From: Syntrophales bacterium
GTDB taxonomy: Bacteria; Desulfobacterota; Syntrophia; Syntrophales; UBA2210
Length of the DNA stretch: 64,000 nt
Reading direction: 5' to 3'
Assembly: GCA_963662405.2 (NCBI GenBank)
Contig: CAXXKT010000001.1
Span: forward strand, 576,001 to 640,000
Shown here: piece after piece, positions 1 to 9,994 of the stretch
How positions within the stretch are numbered: the first letter of the stretch is position 1
Layout: each line of letters starts with the position of its first letter
Program-made: the position numbers and the translations under genes
Notes under the pieces: generated by a model
What the model was told of the DNA's origin: nothing
Database searches by the model: none
The model's input: only the letters and a program-made list of their open reading frames with translations

Positions 1-193
1 GGATGATCCGTTCAGGATCCATCCCCATCTCCCGCGCCGTCTCAAGCGGATTTGCCCGCGCCTCGTTGATCATATCGAGAAACGCGACCTCGTACCCGGC
101 AAGGGCACCCTCCGCCGCCGGGGCACCGGCACAAAAACCGAGCCCGATCATTAGCGCGATCACCGTTGTTGTTATGGTATGGAGTATCTTCAT
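1..193 (-). CDS. Secreted protein, probable CAP/SCP-domain family (5' part only; runs off window edge)
   Basis: Not in the ORF track. Manual translation from ATG at 193 gives MKILHTITTTVIALMIGLGFCAGAPAAEGALAGYEVAFLDMINEARANPLETAREMGMDPERII. This shows a signal peptide, then the 'E..L..INEARANP' helix typical of the start of bacterial CAP domains. Confidence 0.6.
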   Translation of the reverse strand, partial: MKILHTITTTVIALMIGLGFCAGAPAAEGALAGYEVAFLDMINEARANPLETAREMGMDPERII

Positions 194-218
194 GCGTCAC
201 CCGTCCGGGCATGAACCT

Positions 219-234
219 AGCAAAACATATGCCA
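219..234 (-). promoter_or_regulatory. Sigma-54 (-24/-12) promoter
   Basis: Minus strand reads TGGCAT-ATGTT-TTGCT, close to the TGGCAC-N5-TTGCW consensus, 25 bp upstream of the ATG at 193. Confidence 0.75.
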
Positions 235-504
235 TATCGAGGCAGGAGCAGGGGTATAACGGCGGCACCGCAGGGCTATGATCGTCTCTCAGAACCCCGC
301 AGGCGGACAGACCGGCTTGATCGCCCCGCCACCCCGTGAAACGATTGCCTGCCGCTCTCCTCATCTTCGGCCACAGATCAGATCCGTACCGAATCTTCAA
401 AGAGGACAACCCCGGGGCACCCCCTTCCGGGACCGCCCTTCGCATGATACAACTGGACCAATACAACCAGGGTTGGTCAGATACAGCCTGTCCTCCGGCC
501 CGTT

Positions 505-2436
505 TCAGCGGCCACGCATCACCTCTCTATAATATGAGGTGTTCCTGATATTCTCCAGTTCGGGATCGGTCCGTATCAGGTCCCAATTGTCATATCCCTC
601 CTCGACGGCCCTTCTGAGCGCCCCGACCGCTTCTTCCTTCTTCCCCTGCAGCGCATAGGCACAGGCAATGTTATAGGAGGCGACGGGGGCATAATGAGCG
701 TCCAGCCGCCTTGCCGCCGCGTAATGGCCGACGGCCTCTTCATGTCTCCCCTGCCTGAGCAGCCCCCCCCCGAGCCTGAAGTGGGCCTGCGCGTAACCGG
801 GGTCGATACGGACGGCTTCGGCATACTCCCTGACGGCCTCCGCCAGCTCTCCCCGCTTGTCGAGGACAAAGGCCAGGTTGTGATGCGCCACGGCCATATC
901 GGGTTTGAGGCGCAGTGCTTCGCGATATTGTGCGATGGCCTGCTTCGCATCCCCCTGTTCCGCCAGGGCAGTCCCCAGGTTGATGAGCGCCTCCGGATAG
1001 ACCGGCTTGATTCGCAACGCCTCGCGGTACCGGTCGATGGCCTCTTCCTTCTTCCCCTGCAGTGCCAGGGCGTTCCCCAGGTTGACGAGCGCCTCCGGAT
1101 ACGCCGGCCGGATACGCAATGCCTCACGGTACTGCGCCGCGGCCTGTTGCGTGTCGCCCCGTTCATGGAGGGCCGTCCCCAGGTTATTGTGCGCCAAGGA
1201 GTTAGCCGTCGTCACATCGAGGGCGTGCCGGAAGAGGGAGATGTTGTCCTTCCAGTACCCCGCCTGCACCCACGTCACCGCCATCAGAACCGCCAGGACC
1301 GACGAGCCCGCAACGGCAAGCCCACAACGGGGGAGTCGCCAACGGGAAAAAAACGCCGGGATACCCCACGAAATCATCACGAAGATACCGACCAGCGGCA
1401 GGTACGTGTACCGGTCGGCCATCGACTGGCTCCCCACCTGTACCAGACCGATCACCGGAACCAGCGTCCCCAGGTACCACAACCACCCCACCGCCAGGTA
1501 CGGATGTCTCTTTATCGCCCTGATCACCAGATATGATATGACCACGAGAAGAACGCCGGCCATGAGACCCTGCACGAGGGAAACCGCCCGCGGATACGGA
1601 TAGAAAACCGCCAGCTTGTACGGCCAGATCGTCTTCACCAGGTAGCTTATATAGGAAAGCAGGGCATTGGCCGCACGTGCATCCAGGGGAATCGCATCCA
1701 GGGAACTGACCGCCCCGCCGCCACGCTGGACGAAAAAGGTCACGACGCTCGACGCCCCGGAGAGGAGAAGGAGCGGAATCTTCTCCCACACCAGACGAAA
1801 CCACTGACCCCTGACGCCTTCCCGCCGGAGACGCCCCAGGGGCCATATGTCCAGCAGCAGGAGAACAAAGGGCAGCGTCACCACCATCGGCTTGGACATC
1901 AGACCCAGGGCAAAAAAGAGTACAACCGGCAGATACCTGCCGATACCCGGACGCCGCGTATACCGGACGTAGGACCACATCGTCAGGAGCCAGAAAAAGG
2001 CGCTCAGGACATCCTTCCGCTCCGCCACCCATGCCACCGACTCCACGTGCAGAGGGTGAAACGCGAAGAGGGCCGCCACAAAGGCGCTGGACCACAGATC
2101 ACCCGTCATCATCCGGAAAACCGCAAACAGGAGAAGGGTGTTGAAAATATGAAAAAGCAGACTGGTCAGGTGGTGCGCACCCGGATGCAGACCGAACAGG
2201 TGGCAGTCCGCCATGTGGGAAAGCCACGTCAGGGGATGCCAGTTGGCCGCGGCCGTGGCGGTGAAGGCGCGGGAGATGTTCTCCATGGTGATTCCCCCCT
2301 GCACCCACTGATTCCGGGTGACGTAATCGCCGTCATCATAGTAGAGAAATCCGTGATTCCACACCTGCCCGTACACGGCGAGGATACCGATCACCAGCGC
2401 GAGACAGATGGATATTGCCAACCGACGGGGGGACAT
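505..2436 (-). CDS. TMTC-like GT-C membrane glycosyltransferase with C-terminal TPRs (copy A, 643 aa)
   Basis: Acidic YDD after TM1, NWHPLTW, HPLHVESVAWVAERKD and ADRYTYLP motifs, many TM helices. About 5 TPRs plus a terminal YNIACAYALQG...DPELENIR repeat. Confidence 0.85.
   Translation of the reverse strand: MSPRRLAISICLALVIGILAVYGQVWNHGFLYYDDGDYVTRNQWVQGGITMENISRAFTATAAANWHPLTWLSHMADCHLFGLHPGAHHLTSLLFHIFNTLLLFAVFRMMTGDLWSSAFVAALFAFHPLHVESVAWVAERKDVLSAFFWLLTMWSYVRYTRRPGIGRYLPVVLFFALGLMSKPMVVTLPFVLLLLDIWPLGRLRREGVRGQWFRLVWEKIPLLLLSGASSVVTFFVQRGGGAVSSLDAIPLDARAANALLSYISYLVKTIWPYKLAVFYPYPRAVSLVQGLMAGVLLVVISYLVIRAIKRHPYLAVGWLWYLGTLVPVIGLVQVGSQSMADRYTYLPLVGIFVMISWGIPAFFSRWRLPRCGLAVAGSSVLAVLMAVTWVQAGYWKDNISLFRHALDVTTANSLAHNNLGTALHERGDTQQAAAQYREALRIRPAYPEALVNLGNALALQGKKEEAIDRYREALRIKPVYPEALINLGTALAEQGDAKQAIAQYREALRLKPDMAVAHHNLAFVLDKRGELAEAVREYAEAVRIDPGYAQAHFRLGGGLLRQGRHEEAVGHYAAARRLDAHYAPVASYNIACAYALQGKKEEAVGALRRAVEEGYDNWDLIRTDPELENIRNTSYYREVMRGR
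1211..2245. repeat. Membrane-domain block, copy 1 of 3 (~1035 bp)
   Basis: Matches 11007-12041 and 13051-14085. The only difference I saw is a synonymous g/a at 1255. Confidence 0.9.
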
Positions 2437-2438
2437 GG

Positions 2439-3191
2439 CTACCTCAGGGGGGGGAAAAGAGGCGAGGAAATGGTTCCGGCCTTCGCCAGGCGAAAGGCGA
2501 CGGCGGTCCCCAGACAGCCGACCCCGTACCGGATGCTGCGCCCCAGGTTGATGGAGGAGGCCTCATCGAAATATTTCGTCGGACAGCTGACCTCTCCGAT
2601 GACGTAACCGTGCCACAGGACCTGGGCCAGCATCTGATTGTCGAAGACGAAATCGTCGGAATTCTCCTCGAGGGGCAACAGTTCCAGGAGTTCGCGGGAA
2701 AAGGCCCGGTACCCGGTGTGATACTCGGAAAGCTTCGCCCCCAGCAGGATGTTTTCCGCGGCGGTGAGAAACCGGTTTGCGACGTATTTCCAGGGAGGCA
2801 TCCCCCCCTTCAGGGCATACCCTCCCAGTATCCTCGATCCCAGTACACAGGGATAGAGCCCGTTGCCGATCAGTGATACCATGGCGGGGATTAACTGCGG
2901 CGTGTACTGGTAGTCGGGGTGGACCATGATGACGATGTCCCCCCCCTCTTCGAGGGCCAGGCGGTAGCAGGTCTTCTGGTTGGCGCCGTATCCCTTGTTC
3001 CGGGGATGGACATGTACCCTGACATTTGGAAGGGTCCGGGCAATGGCCGCCGTTTCGTCATGACTCGCGTCGTCCACCACGATAACAGAATCGACATAAT
3101 CCTGCTCCATGACTTCCGTATAGGTCCGGAGGACCGTCTGTGCCGCGTTGTAGGCCGGCATGACCACGATCACCTTTTTGTCTCGAAACAT
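2439..3191 (-). CDS. GT2 glycosyltransferase, DPM1-like polyprenol-phosphate sugar synthase
   Basis: VVMPAYN, VDDASHD, NKGYGANQK, HPDYQY and EYHTGYRAF motifs. Confidence 0.85.
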   Translation of the reverse strand: MFRDKKVIVVMPAYNAAQTVLRTYTEVMEQDYVDSVIVVDDASHDETAAIARTLPNVRVHVHPRNKGYGANQKTCYRLALEEGGDIVIMVHPDYQYTPQLIPAMVSLIGNGLYPCVLGSRILGGYALKGGMPPWKYVANRFLTAAENILLGAKLSEYHTGYRAFSRELLELLPLEENSDDFVFDNQMLAQVLWHGYVIGEVSCPTKYFDEASSINLGRSIRYGVGCLGTAVAFRLAKAGTISSPLFPPLR

Positions 3192-3259
3192 GTGTCACTC
3201 CTCTGAAAAAGGAACAGGCCCCTGTCCCCCGTCATACAATAAAGCACCTTATATTCAAA

Positions 3260-4966
3260 TTATTGCCCAATCCCGTCATCAGAACGTCCCTCTCCGGACA
3301 AGGCGGAGCCGCTGTACTCCTTCAGCCGAAACACCGCGACCTGATACGGTGTCCGAGGCGGCCATACGAGGTCCGGCGCCCACTGGTATGTAGCCCCGCC
3401 ACGGTTGATAGAAACCAGGCAGACAGGCGCGTAGTGTTCATCCTGGTACCGCCGGAACCAGTCAAAGACCAGCGTGTGAGAATCGGGACGCTTCATCCAG
3501 GAGGCATAGATGTTGACAAAAACGAGAACGGGCGGCCGGGCCGATTCGACCTGCTGTATCATCTCTTTCTGGATCTGCAAAGCAAAATCGTGGCGTTCCA
3601 TCAGCGGGTACATATAAACATGCCCGCTCGCGGAGCGCCGACCCGTGTAAAAGTATATCTGCGGTTCGGAGCCGATAACGGCAACCCGGTCCCCCTCTTC
3701 CGTGTGGGCCCGGATGTACCGGGCAATATCCAGGGACTCCGGAAAGGGGTTGGATCCGTACGTGGCTCGACAGGCCTGGAGAGGGGTCATCAGGAAGAGG
3801 AAGGAGCGCTGCTGGTAGATCGACACCGCCACGCACACAAGGGCCAGGGCAGCCGGCAGGCCGTAACGGACGGCACTCTTGCGGGCGTTCTTCAGTTTGC
3901 GCGACATACCGCCGATTGCCCCCCCCGCGAGCAGGGCGGCCACCGGGAGGGCCAGGACAAAGTAATGCGGGCGAAAATACAGGCCAGGAGATAACGCGAC
4001 AAGGGAAAAAAGGACGAAGAGCGCGATGAAGACCCGTCGCCGTCGTGACCTCTCGTCCCAGAAAAGGGCGGTCAGGCCGCCAAGAGCAAGCACCCAGAGG
4101 AGGGGAGCCGAGACGACGATGGGCCAGGCACTTCTCGTGAACAAGGGCCACGCCTTCGAAATCGGGATCTGCGAGGCGTATGAACCCGCGCACTCGACCG
4201 TCCAGAACCAGAAGCTTTCAAAGCCCCCGGCCAATGCCATAATAATGCAGGTCAAGGCGTAGGGCAGTACCGCTCCTGCACCAAAAAACGCGCATCCCGA
4301 TAGGACATGGCCCGGCTCCACCGGTCTTACGCGCAACCGGTCGATGATCAGATACAGGGCACCCAGCACGACAAAGGCGGCGCTGTGCTGCTTGATAATA
4401 AAGCCGGTGCCAAGGAGCAGACCGCCCCAGAAGAGCGGCCACGGCCGATCTTCATCAAGCCCTCGCAGGAGAAAAAGCAAACCGCCGATTGCCGGGAGGA
4501 CCACGAAATGTTCCGCGTTGGCGAAGACACCCTGAACCGACTGGCCGACCGACAGGACGGCAAAAACCGCCCCGGCCGCAGCTCCCGCCAAGGGATCAAA
4601 AAGTCGCCTTCCCAGAAGAAAGAGGACTATGATCGTGGCGATATTGACAACCAGGAGCCCCAGATGGATGCCGGCATGTGTCTGTCCGAACAACACCATG
4701 ATGCCTGCATAGGCAACGTAGATCCCCGGCAGTTTCATGCTGTAGAGACCCTGGTAGGGGAGAACCCCCTGCAACAGGAGTTGCCCGCCGTAGGCGTACT
4801 CCCCTTCGTCGCGCTCCAGAGGAACATCCAGAAGGCCCCAGCGTAACACAATCGACAGGAGCACCGCCGCCGCCAGCAGGGTGGACCATATCCATCGATA
4901 CCTGACAGATCGATCATCCGGCTGTTTTGGAATTGATTTTTTCTTTTTCATCTCAGGCGACTTCAC
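3260..4966 (-). CDS. ArnT/PMT-like GT-C membrane glycosyltransferase
   Basis: LERDEGEY acidic motif after TM1, KLPG motif, ~11 TM helices and a C-terminal periplasmic domain (EPQIYFY). The start may be the ATG ~15 bp downstream. Confidence 0.75.
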   Translation of the reverse strand: MKSPEMKKKKSIPKQPDDRSVRYRWIWSTLLAAAVLLSIVLRWGLLDVPLERDEGEYAYGGQLLLQGVLPYQGLYSMKLPGIYVAYAGIMVLFGQTHAGIHLGLLVVNIATIIVLFLLGRRLFDPLAGAAAGAVFAVLSVGQSVQGVFANAEHFVVLPAIGGLLFLLRGLDEDRPWPLFWGGLLLGTGFIIKQHSAAFVVLGALYLIIDRLRVRPVEPGHVLSGCAFFGAGAVLPYALTCIIMALAGGFESFWFWTVECAGSYASQIPISKAWPLFTRSAWPIVVSAPLLWVLALGGLTALFWDERSRRRRVFIALFVLFSLVALSPGLYFRPHYFVLALPVAALLAGGAIGGMSRKLKNARKSAVRYGLPAALALVCVAVSIYQQRSFLFLMTPLQACRATYGSNPFPESLDIARYIRAHTEEGDRVAVIGSEPQIYFYTGRRSASGHVYMYPLMERHDFALQIQKEMIQQVESARPPVLVFVNIYASWMKRPDSHTLVFDWFRRYQDEHYAPVCLVSINRGGATYQWAPDLVWPPRTPYQVAVFRLKEYSGSALSGEGRSDDGIGQ

Positions 4967-5018
4967 GTATCACCTTGACGGGTTCAACAGTCATTTTGTC
5001 ATCTATGCAATGCGTTAT

Positions 5019-5429
5019 TCATGCCTTAAACACCAAATATTTCGTGGCGCCAAAGTTCATGAGTGTAATGACGGCCATGACACATAGCCATATTACATTG
5101 ATATTCCAGTTCAGATGTTCATGAGCAATGCTTAAAGAAAAGGCGCTCAAAAAAAGTAATGTCACTTGTACTGTGACAAATGGGATAAATGCATCCCGTC
5201 CGTGTCTTGTCCGTGAAAATGTCCAGTTCTTGTTCCAGATAAAACTCCAGAGGATCCCGGCGGCATAGCTCAGACACTGAGATACGAACGCATCACCATA
5301 CAAAACGAATCCATATACAACGAAAAATACAGCATAACTAACGATGGCATTGGAAATACCGACGATAATAAACTTGAATAATTGGAAATTAACCAGTCCT
5401 TCCCGTACTCTTTTGATCATGAACCTCAC
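5019..5429 (-). CDS. gtrA: GtrA-family lipid-linked sugar flippase
   Basis: Small 4-TM protein with KFIIVG, SFIWNKNWTF and KYLVF motifs. Confidence 0.85.
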   Translation of the reverse strand: MRFMIKRVREGLVNFQLFKFIIVGISNAIVSYAVFFVVYGFVLYGDAFVSQCLSYAAGILWSFIWNKNWTFSRTRHGRDAFIPFVTVQVTLLFLSAFSLSIAHEHLNWNINVIWLCVMAVITLMNFGATKYLVFKA

Positions 5430-6354
5430 TCATTATAAATCTCGGCCGGTTTTGGAGTGCCACATGAATTCGTGCCAAGTAAGTCCCTATGATACCCAAG
5501 ACAATAAACAACACACCAAATAAAAATGATATTATCCCGACGGTAGAAGCCCAACCGGGGACAGTTTGTCCAATCGAAAACCGAAATAATATATAAACCA
5601 GCTCCAGAAAAGCTAACACACTTGTGAGAACACCAATCCATACCCCCAGCACAAGCGGTTTTGTGGAGAATGAAATTATAGAACCGCTGCCAAACTTAAC
5701 CATCTTGGATACAGTATATTTTGATCTTCCCGAAAATCTCGCACCAGCCGCATATGAAAGAGTGACTGATGGAAAACCGAGCCATTCAACGGCTCCTCGT
5801 AAAAATAAATCAACATCTTTTAGCTGTAACAACTGATCCAAGACAGATCTGTCGATCAACCTGAAATCTGATGACCCTGGAACCACCTGAACACCTGTAG
5901 CAAATGAAAATAATTTGTAGAAAATCCAAGAAGTCTTTCTCTTAAAAAAAGAATTTACGTTCCTATCATTTCGGAACGTATTGACGACAGAGGCCCCTTT
6001 CTCATAACTTGCAAGCATTTGAGGGATCAGCGACGGGGGATGTTGTAAATCTCCATCCATAGAAATTATTGCCTTCCCGCTGGCACGATTTAATCCTGCA
6101 AGCAACGCATGTTGATGACCAAAATTCCGGGCTAGTCTGATACCCGTAATAGACGAGTTTACATTTGCTGCCTCTTTTATCTTGGCCCAGGTTTGATCAC
6201 GGCTACCGTCATCAACCAGAATAATCTCATAACTCACACCTAGATTTTGAAGATTATCCTCCAAATCCTTCAACAAAACGTCTATATTACCCTCTTCATT
6301 GAATAAGGGGATAACAACAGACAAGTAAATGTTTTCTTTAATTACACCATCCAT
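5389..6354 (-). CDS. gtrB: GtrB-like undecaprenyl-phosphate glycosyltransferase (GT2)
   Basis: VVIPLFNEE, VDDGSRD, RNFGHQ, DGDLQHPP and SDFRLIDR motifs, two C-terminal TM helices, adjacent to gtrA. Confidence 0.85.
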   Translation of the reverse strand: MDGVIKENIYLSVVIPLFNEEGNIDVLLKDLEDNLQNLGVSYEIILVDDGSRDQTWAKIKEAANVNSSITGIRLARNFGHQHALLAGLNRASGKAIISMDGDLQHPPSLIPQMLASYEKGASVVNTFRNDRNVNSFFKRKTSWIFYKLFSFATGVQVVPGSSDFRLIDRSVLDQLLQLKDVDLFLRGAVEWLGFPSVTLSYAAGARFSGRSKYTVSKMVKFGSGSIISFSTKPLVLGVWIGVLTSVLAFLELVYILFRFSIGQTVPGWASTVGIISFLFGVLFIVLGIIGTYLARIHVALQNRPRFIMSEVHDQKSTGRTG

Positions 6355-6482
6355 CTCCTACACCCCCATAAAAAAAAACGGCGTGTGAGTCAAAGAACAC
6401 CCAAAAGGAATCATCAAACAGCTACGCATTAAAGATGTCATGGGGGGTTTTTGTCCCACCCTATTCGTTGGCACTCTCTTCA

Positions 6483-8195
6483 CTATAACCGCCAGCCCTG
6501 TATCACCAGAAGGGGCACATTTTCAAATTTATTGACAGCTCCATCAATAGGTATTTGAATCTGCCGCAGTGTTTCTCCGTGCATCCGGAGCGCATATCCC
6601 GCTTGACGGGACCAAGTCCTCTGATAAGCATCCTCACTCCAACCGTACGGCGAATGTGGTGCAGGTGCAATGGTTCCGGGTGTTCCCCCCTGCCGCGGAA
6701 AAGCCAGGCCACCAACCAACCACACCCGATTCCCTTCTTTCAGCGTTCGGAGCATACCTTCAACGACCGGCCTGATCGGTTCATTCTGCATCATCAGGTC
6801 TTTCAAAAGGTCATAACGATGATAAGCATGGTCCTCCATATCAGGCAATGTGACCCATCTCGTTGATCCTTTGTAATAGCGATCAAAGGTAACTCCGCAA
6901 TAAAACGGAAAGACCACTATGAGATCATCTTTTTCCGCAATCGATCCCAGCTTTGCAGCAATGAGGTCAATGTTCGTTTTGCGTTCATGAGCGACATTCC
7001 ATGAGCCGGTGAAAACGAATGCCGCAACCACGGCGATAGAGACGACTCGCATATACCGACCTATCGTTTTCTTTTTACAAACCACATCGGTCATCTTATC
7101 GACGATGACGGCAAGTACCACCATGAGGGGCAGGTAGTACCAGACCTGCGTCGGGTAAGACAATATCCGAATAAATGTTCCGTATGAAACGATACCGACC
7201 AGCATCGTGACCAGTAGGAATAACATCATCTCCTTGTGGTCCTCGGACGGGCTCCGCGAAGAGAAGCACAGTTCCCGGATAAACACAACAACGGCGGACA
7301 GGATCAGGAATAACCAGAGCCATGAAATGAAAAAATCTGCAGGATCGATTGCGTGCCCGAATTTACCGATGATCCAGGAAAGAGACATCGGCATTTTTAC
7401 AATGACATTCCATGCCGCTGTTTTGGTTGCAATGGTGTAGTAAGGTGCCACGGACAACGCGGCTATCGCACCGACCCCGAGGGGAAAGAGAACGAGTTTC
7501 CACCGACGGCGGTACAGGCCGACCGCCGCCCCTCCGACGCACAGCGCAAAGAGCAGAAAGGCATTATGGTATAGGCACTGAACACTCAGAACGGCGATCA
7601 CCAGGCTTGTGAGCATCTTTCGGGGGACCGGATCTTCGATGGCCCGCCACAGGGCGCCCATGGTCAGCAGTATGAGGATGACGCCCAGACCGTAGGCTCG
7701 CAGTGTATCACCCCACAAGATCGTCGGACAGAGGGCAATAAGGACGAGGGATACCAGGGGAAACCGCACCTCCAGGTTGCGCCCTACAAGCCATAAGGAA
7801 CCCGCAATCCCGAGGCCAATGATCAATCCCAGCACCCGCAGGGCAAGGTCCGTCTCTCCGAATCCGAGACTAATCCACCCCCGGAGGACCAGGAACCAGA
7901 GGATGGGATAAGATTCAAATCGCATCTTATCCGAAAAAGCAGAAAAGCTAGACAGCATGCTGGTGTTGAGGGTATTGGCTTCATCGCGCCAGAGCCCTCC
8001 GGAATGAAGAAGGACGACGACATGCAGTACCACCGCACCGATCAGTATCACGGCAAAGACGCCGAGTTCTACCCACCCGATGACACCTCTCCCTGATGAT
8101 GAAGTCGTACCCGTAGTGAGCGTATCGACTGGTGGTGAAACATCTGTATGCGAAGACGGATGAGGATCATTGGCGTTCTTGAGCCTTTTAGCCAT
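6483..8195 (-). CDS. Putative GT-C membrane glycosyltransferase (paralog E)
   Basis: LWRDE acidic motif after TM1, LALRV and LRAYGL motifs, many TM helices, soluble C-terminal domain. Confidence 0.6.
   Translation of the reverse strand: MAKRLKNANDPHPSSHTDVSPPVDTLTTGTTSSSGRGVIGWVELGVFAVILIGAVVLHVVVLLHSGGLWRDEANTLNTSMLSSFSAFSDKMRFESYPILWFLVLRGWISLGFGETDLALRVLGLIIGLGIAGSLWLVGRNLEVRFPLVSLVLIALCPTILWGDTLRAYGLGVILILLTMGALWRAIEDPVPRKMLTSLVIAVLSVQCLYHNAFLLFALCVGGAAVGLYRRRWKLVLFPLGVGAIAALSVAPYYTIATKTAAWNVIVKMPMSLSWIIGKFGHAIDPADFFISWLWLFLILSAVVVFIRELCFSSRSPSEDHKEMMLFLLVTMLVGIVSYGTFIRILSYPTQVWYYLPLMVVLAVIVDKMTDVVCKKKTIGRYMRVVSIAVVAAFVFTGSWNVAHERKTNIDLIAAKLGSIAEKDDLIVVFPFYCGVTFDRYYKGSTRWVTLPDMEDHAYHRYDLLKDLMMQNEPIRPVVEGMLRTLKEGNRVWLVGGLAFPRQGGTPGTIAPAPHSPYGWSEDAYQRTWSRQAGYALRMHGETLRQIQIPIDGAVNKFENVPLLVIQGWRL
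7450..7907. repeat. Identical block shared by paralogs E and F (copy 1)
   Basis: Matches 9279-9736 (offset 1829). Further near-identical patches lie at ~6868-7200 and ~7979-8081 at the same offset. Confidence 0.85.
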
Positions 8196-8311
8196 CGGGT
8201 AACCCTCTTGTGGATTGATCTGCCTTCATGTCTGTATTGTGCGCTCCTTCCCTCTTTTCAACGAGACACCTCCGGGATCGCTTCCGTTGCAGATGAGCCA
8301 ACCATTCAGGA

Positions 8312-9994
8312 TCATGATCGTCGACCTGTGACCACAAAGAGAGAAATATCCTCAAATGGTTGGACAGGACCCATGGCGGGGACTTCGACTGTCCTCAACA
8401 TCTCAGCATGAGACTGAAGGGTATATCCCGCCTTCCGAACCCAGTTCTTCTGGTACGCATATTCATCCCACCCGTAGGGTGAATGCGGCGCCGGCGGGAG
8501 GTCTGCGGGAACTTCACCCCACCGTAAAAAAACCAACCGACCGACCCACCACACCCGGTTTCCCCGTTTCAGCGTCTGAAGAATCTCTTCAACGACCGGC
8601 CCGATAGGGTCAACCTGCCTCATTTTATCCTTAAAGATGTCATAGCGATGGAACTGATGGTCGCCCAGATCCGGCAATGTGACCCACCGAGTTGCACCTT
8701 TGTAATAGCGATCAAAGGTAACTCCGTAATAAAACGGAAAGACCACTATGAAATCATCTTTTTCCGCAATCGACCCCAGCTTTGCAGCAATGAGGTCAAT
8801 GTTCGTTTTGCGTTCATGAGCGACATTCCATGAGCCTGCGAAGACAAATGCCGCAACCACGGCGATAGAGACGACTCGCATATACCGACCTATCGTTTTC
8901 TTTTTACAAACCACATCGGTCATCTTATCGACGATGACGGCAAGTACCACCATGAGGGGCAGGTAGTACCAGACCTGCGTCGGGTAAGACAATATCCGAA
9001 TAAACGTTCCGTACGAAACGATACCGACCGACATGGAAACCAGCAGAAAGAGCATCAGATCTGCTCGCTCCCCGGTCCGGCCCCGGGATGATGAAACCAG
9101 CGCCCGGGCAAAAACAAAAACGGCGAAAAGGAGCAAGAAGGACCACAGCACCCACAGAAACAAATCCGAAGGATCGACGGCCTGCCGGAACTTGCTGAGG
9201 ATCTGGGGAATCGATATCGGTTGCTGTATGACAATATTCCATGTCCATGTCTCAACTACGATCACAAAATAGGGCACTACGGACAACGCGGCTATCGCAC
9301 CGACCCCGAGGGGAAAGAGAACGAGTTTCCACCGACGGCGGTACAGGCCGACCGCCGCCCCTCCGACGCACAGCGCAAAGAGCAGAAAGGCATTATGGTA
9401 TAGGCACTGAACACTCAGAACGGCGATCACCAGGCTTGTGAGCATCTTTCGGGGGACCGGATCTTCGATGGCCCGCCACAGGGCGCCCATGGTCAGCAGT
9501 ATGAGGATGACGCCCAGACCGTAGGCTCGCAGTGTATCACCCCACAAGATCGTCGGACAGAGGGCAATAAGGACGAGGGATACCAGGGGAAACCGCACCT
9601 CCAGGTTGCGCCCTACAAGCCATAAGGAACCCGCAATCCCGAGGCCAATGATCAATCCCAGCACCCGCAGGGCAAGGTCCGTCTCTCCGAATCCGAGACT
9701 AATCCACCCCCGGAGGACCAGGAACCAGAGGATGGGGAATCCCTCAAATTGCATCTTGCTCCATACATCTGAAAGGGTAGGGAGCGTGCCGGTGTTGAGT
9801 GTGCCGACTTCATCGCGCCAGAGCCCTCCGGAATGAAGAAGGACGACGACATGCAGGGCCACCACGCCGATCAGTATCACGGCAAAGACGCCGAGTTCTA
9901 CCCACCCGATCGTTTTGTTCCTGTCGGATGGAGATTCTCCGGTCATCGAATCGGCTGACGGTGTAACGTATTGATCAGGCTGGTAAAGTCTCAA
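8312..9994 (-). CDS. Putative GT-C membrane glycosyltransferase (paralog F)
   Basis: Tandem paralog of 6483-8195 with LWRDE motif. TTG start abuts the upstream stop; an alternative ATG lies at 9946. Confidence 0.6.
   Translation of the reverse strand: MRLYQPDQYVTPSADSMTGESPSDRNKTIGWVELGVFAVILIGVVALHVVVLLHSGGLWRDEVGTLNTGTLPTLSDVWSKMQFEGFPILWFLVLRGWISLGFGETDLALRVLGLIIGLGIAGSLWLVGRNLEVRFPLVSLVLIALCPTILWGDTLRAYGLGVILILLTMGALWRAIEDPVPRKMLTSLVIAVLSVQCLYHNAFLLFALCVGGAAVGLYRRRWKLVLFPLGVGAIAALSVVPYFVIVVETWTWNIVIQQPISIPQILSKFRQAVDPSDLFLWVLWSFLLLFAVFVFARALVSSSRGRTGERADLMLFLLVSMSVGIVSYGTFIRILSYPTQVWYYLPLMVVLAVIVDKMTDVVCKKKTIGRYMRVVSIAVVAAFVFAGSWNVAHERKTNIDLIAAKLGSIAEKDDFIVVFPFYYGVTFDRYYKGATRWVTLPDLGDHQFHRYDIFKDKMRQVDPIGPVVEEILQTLKRGNRVWWVGRLVFLRWGEVPADLPPAPHSPYGWDEYAYQKNWVRKAGYTLQSHAEMLRTVEVPAMGPVQPFEDISLFVVTGRRS
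9279..9736. repeat. Identical block shared by paralogs E and F (copy 2)
   Basis: Matches 7450-7907. Confidence 0.85.
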
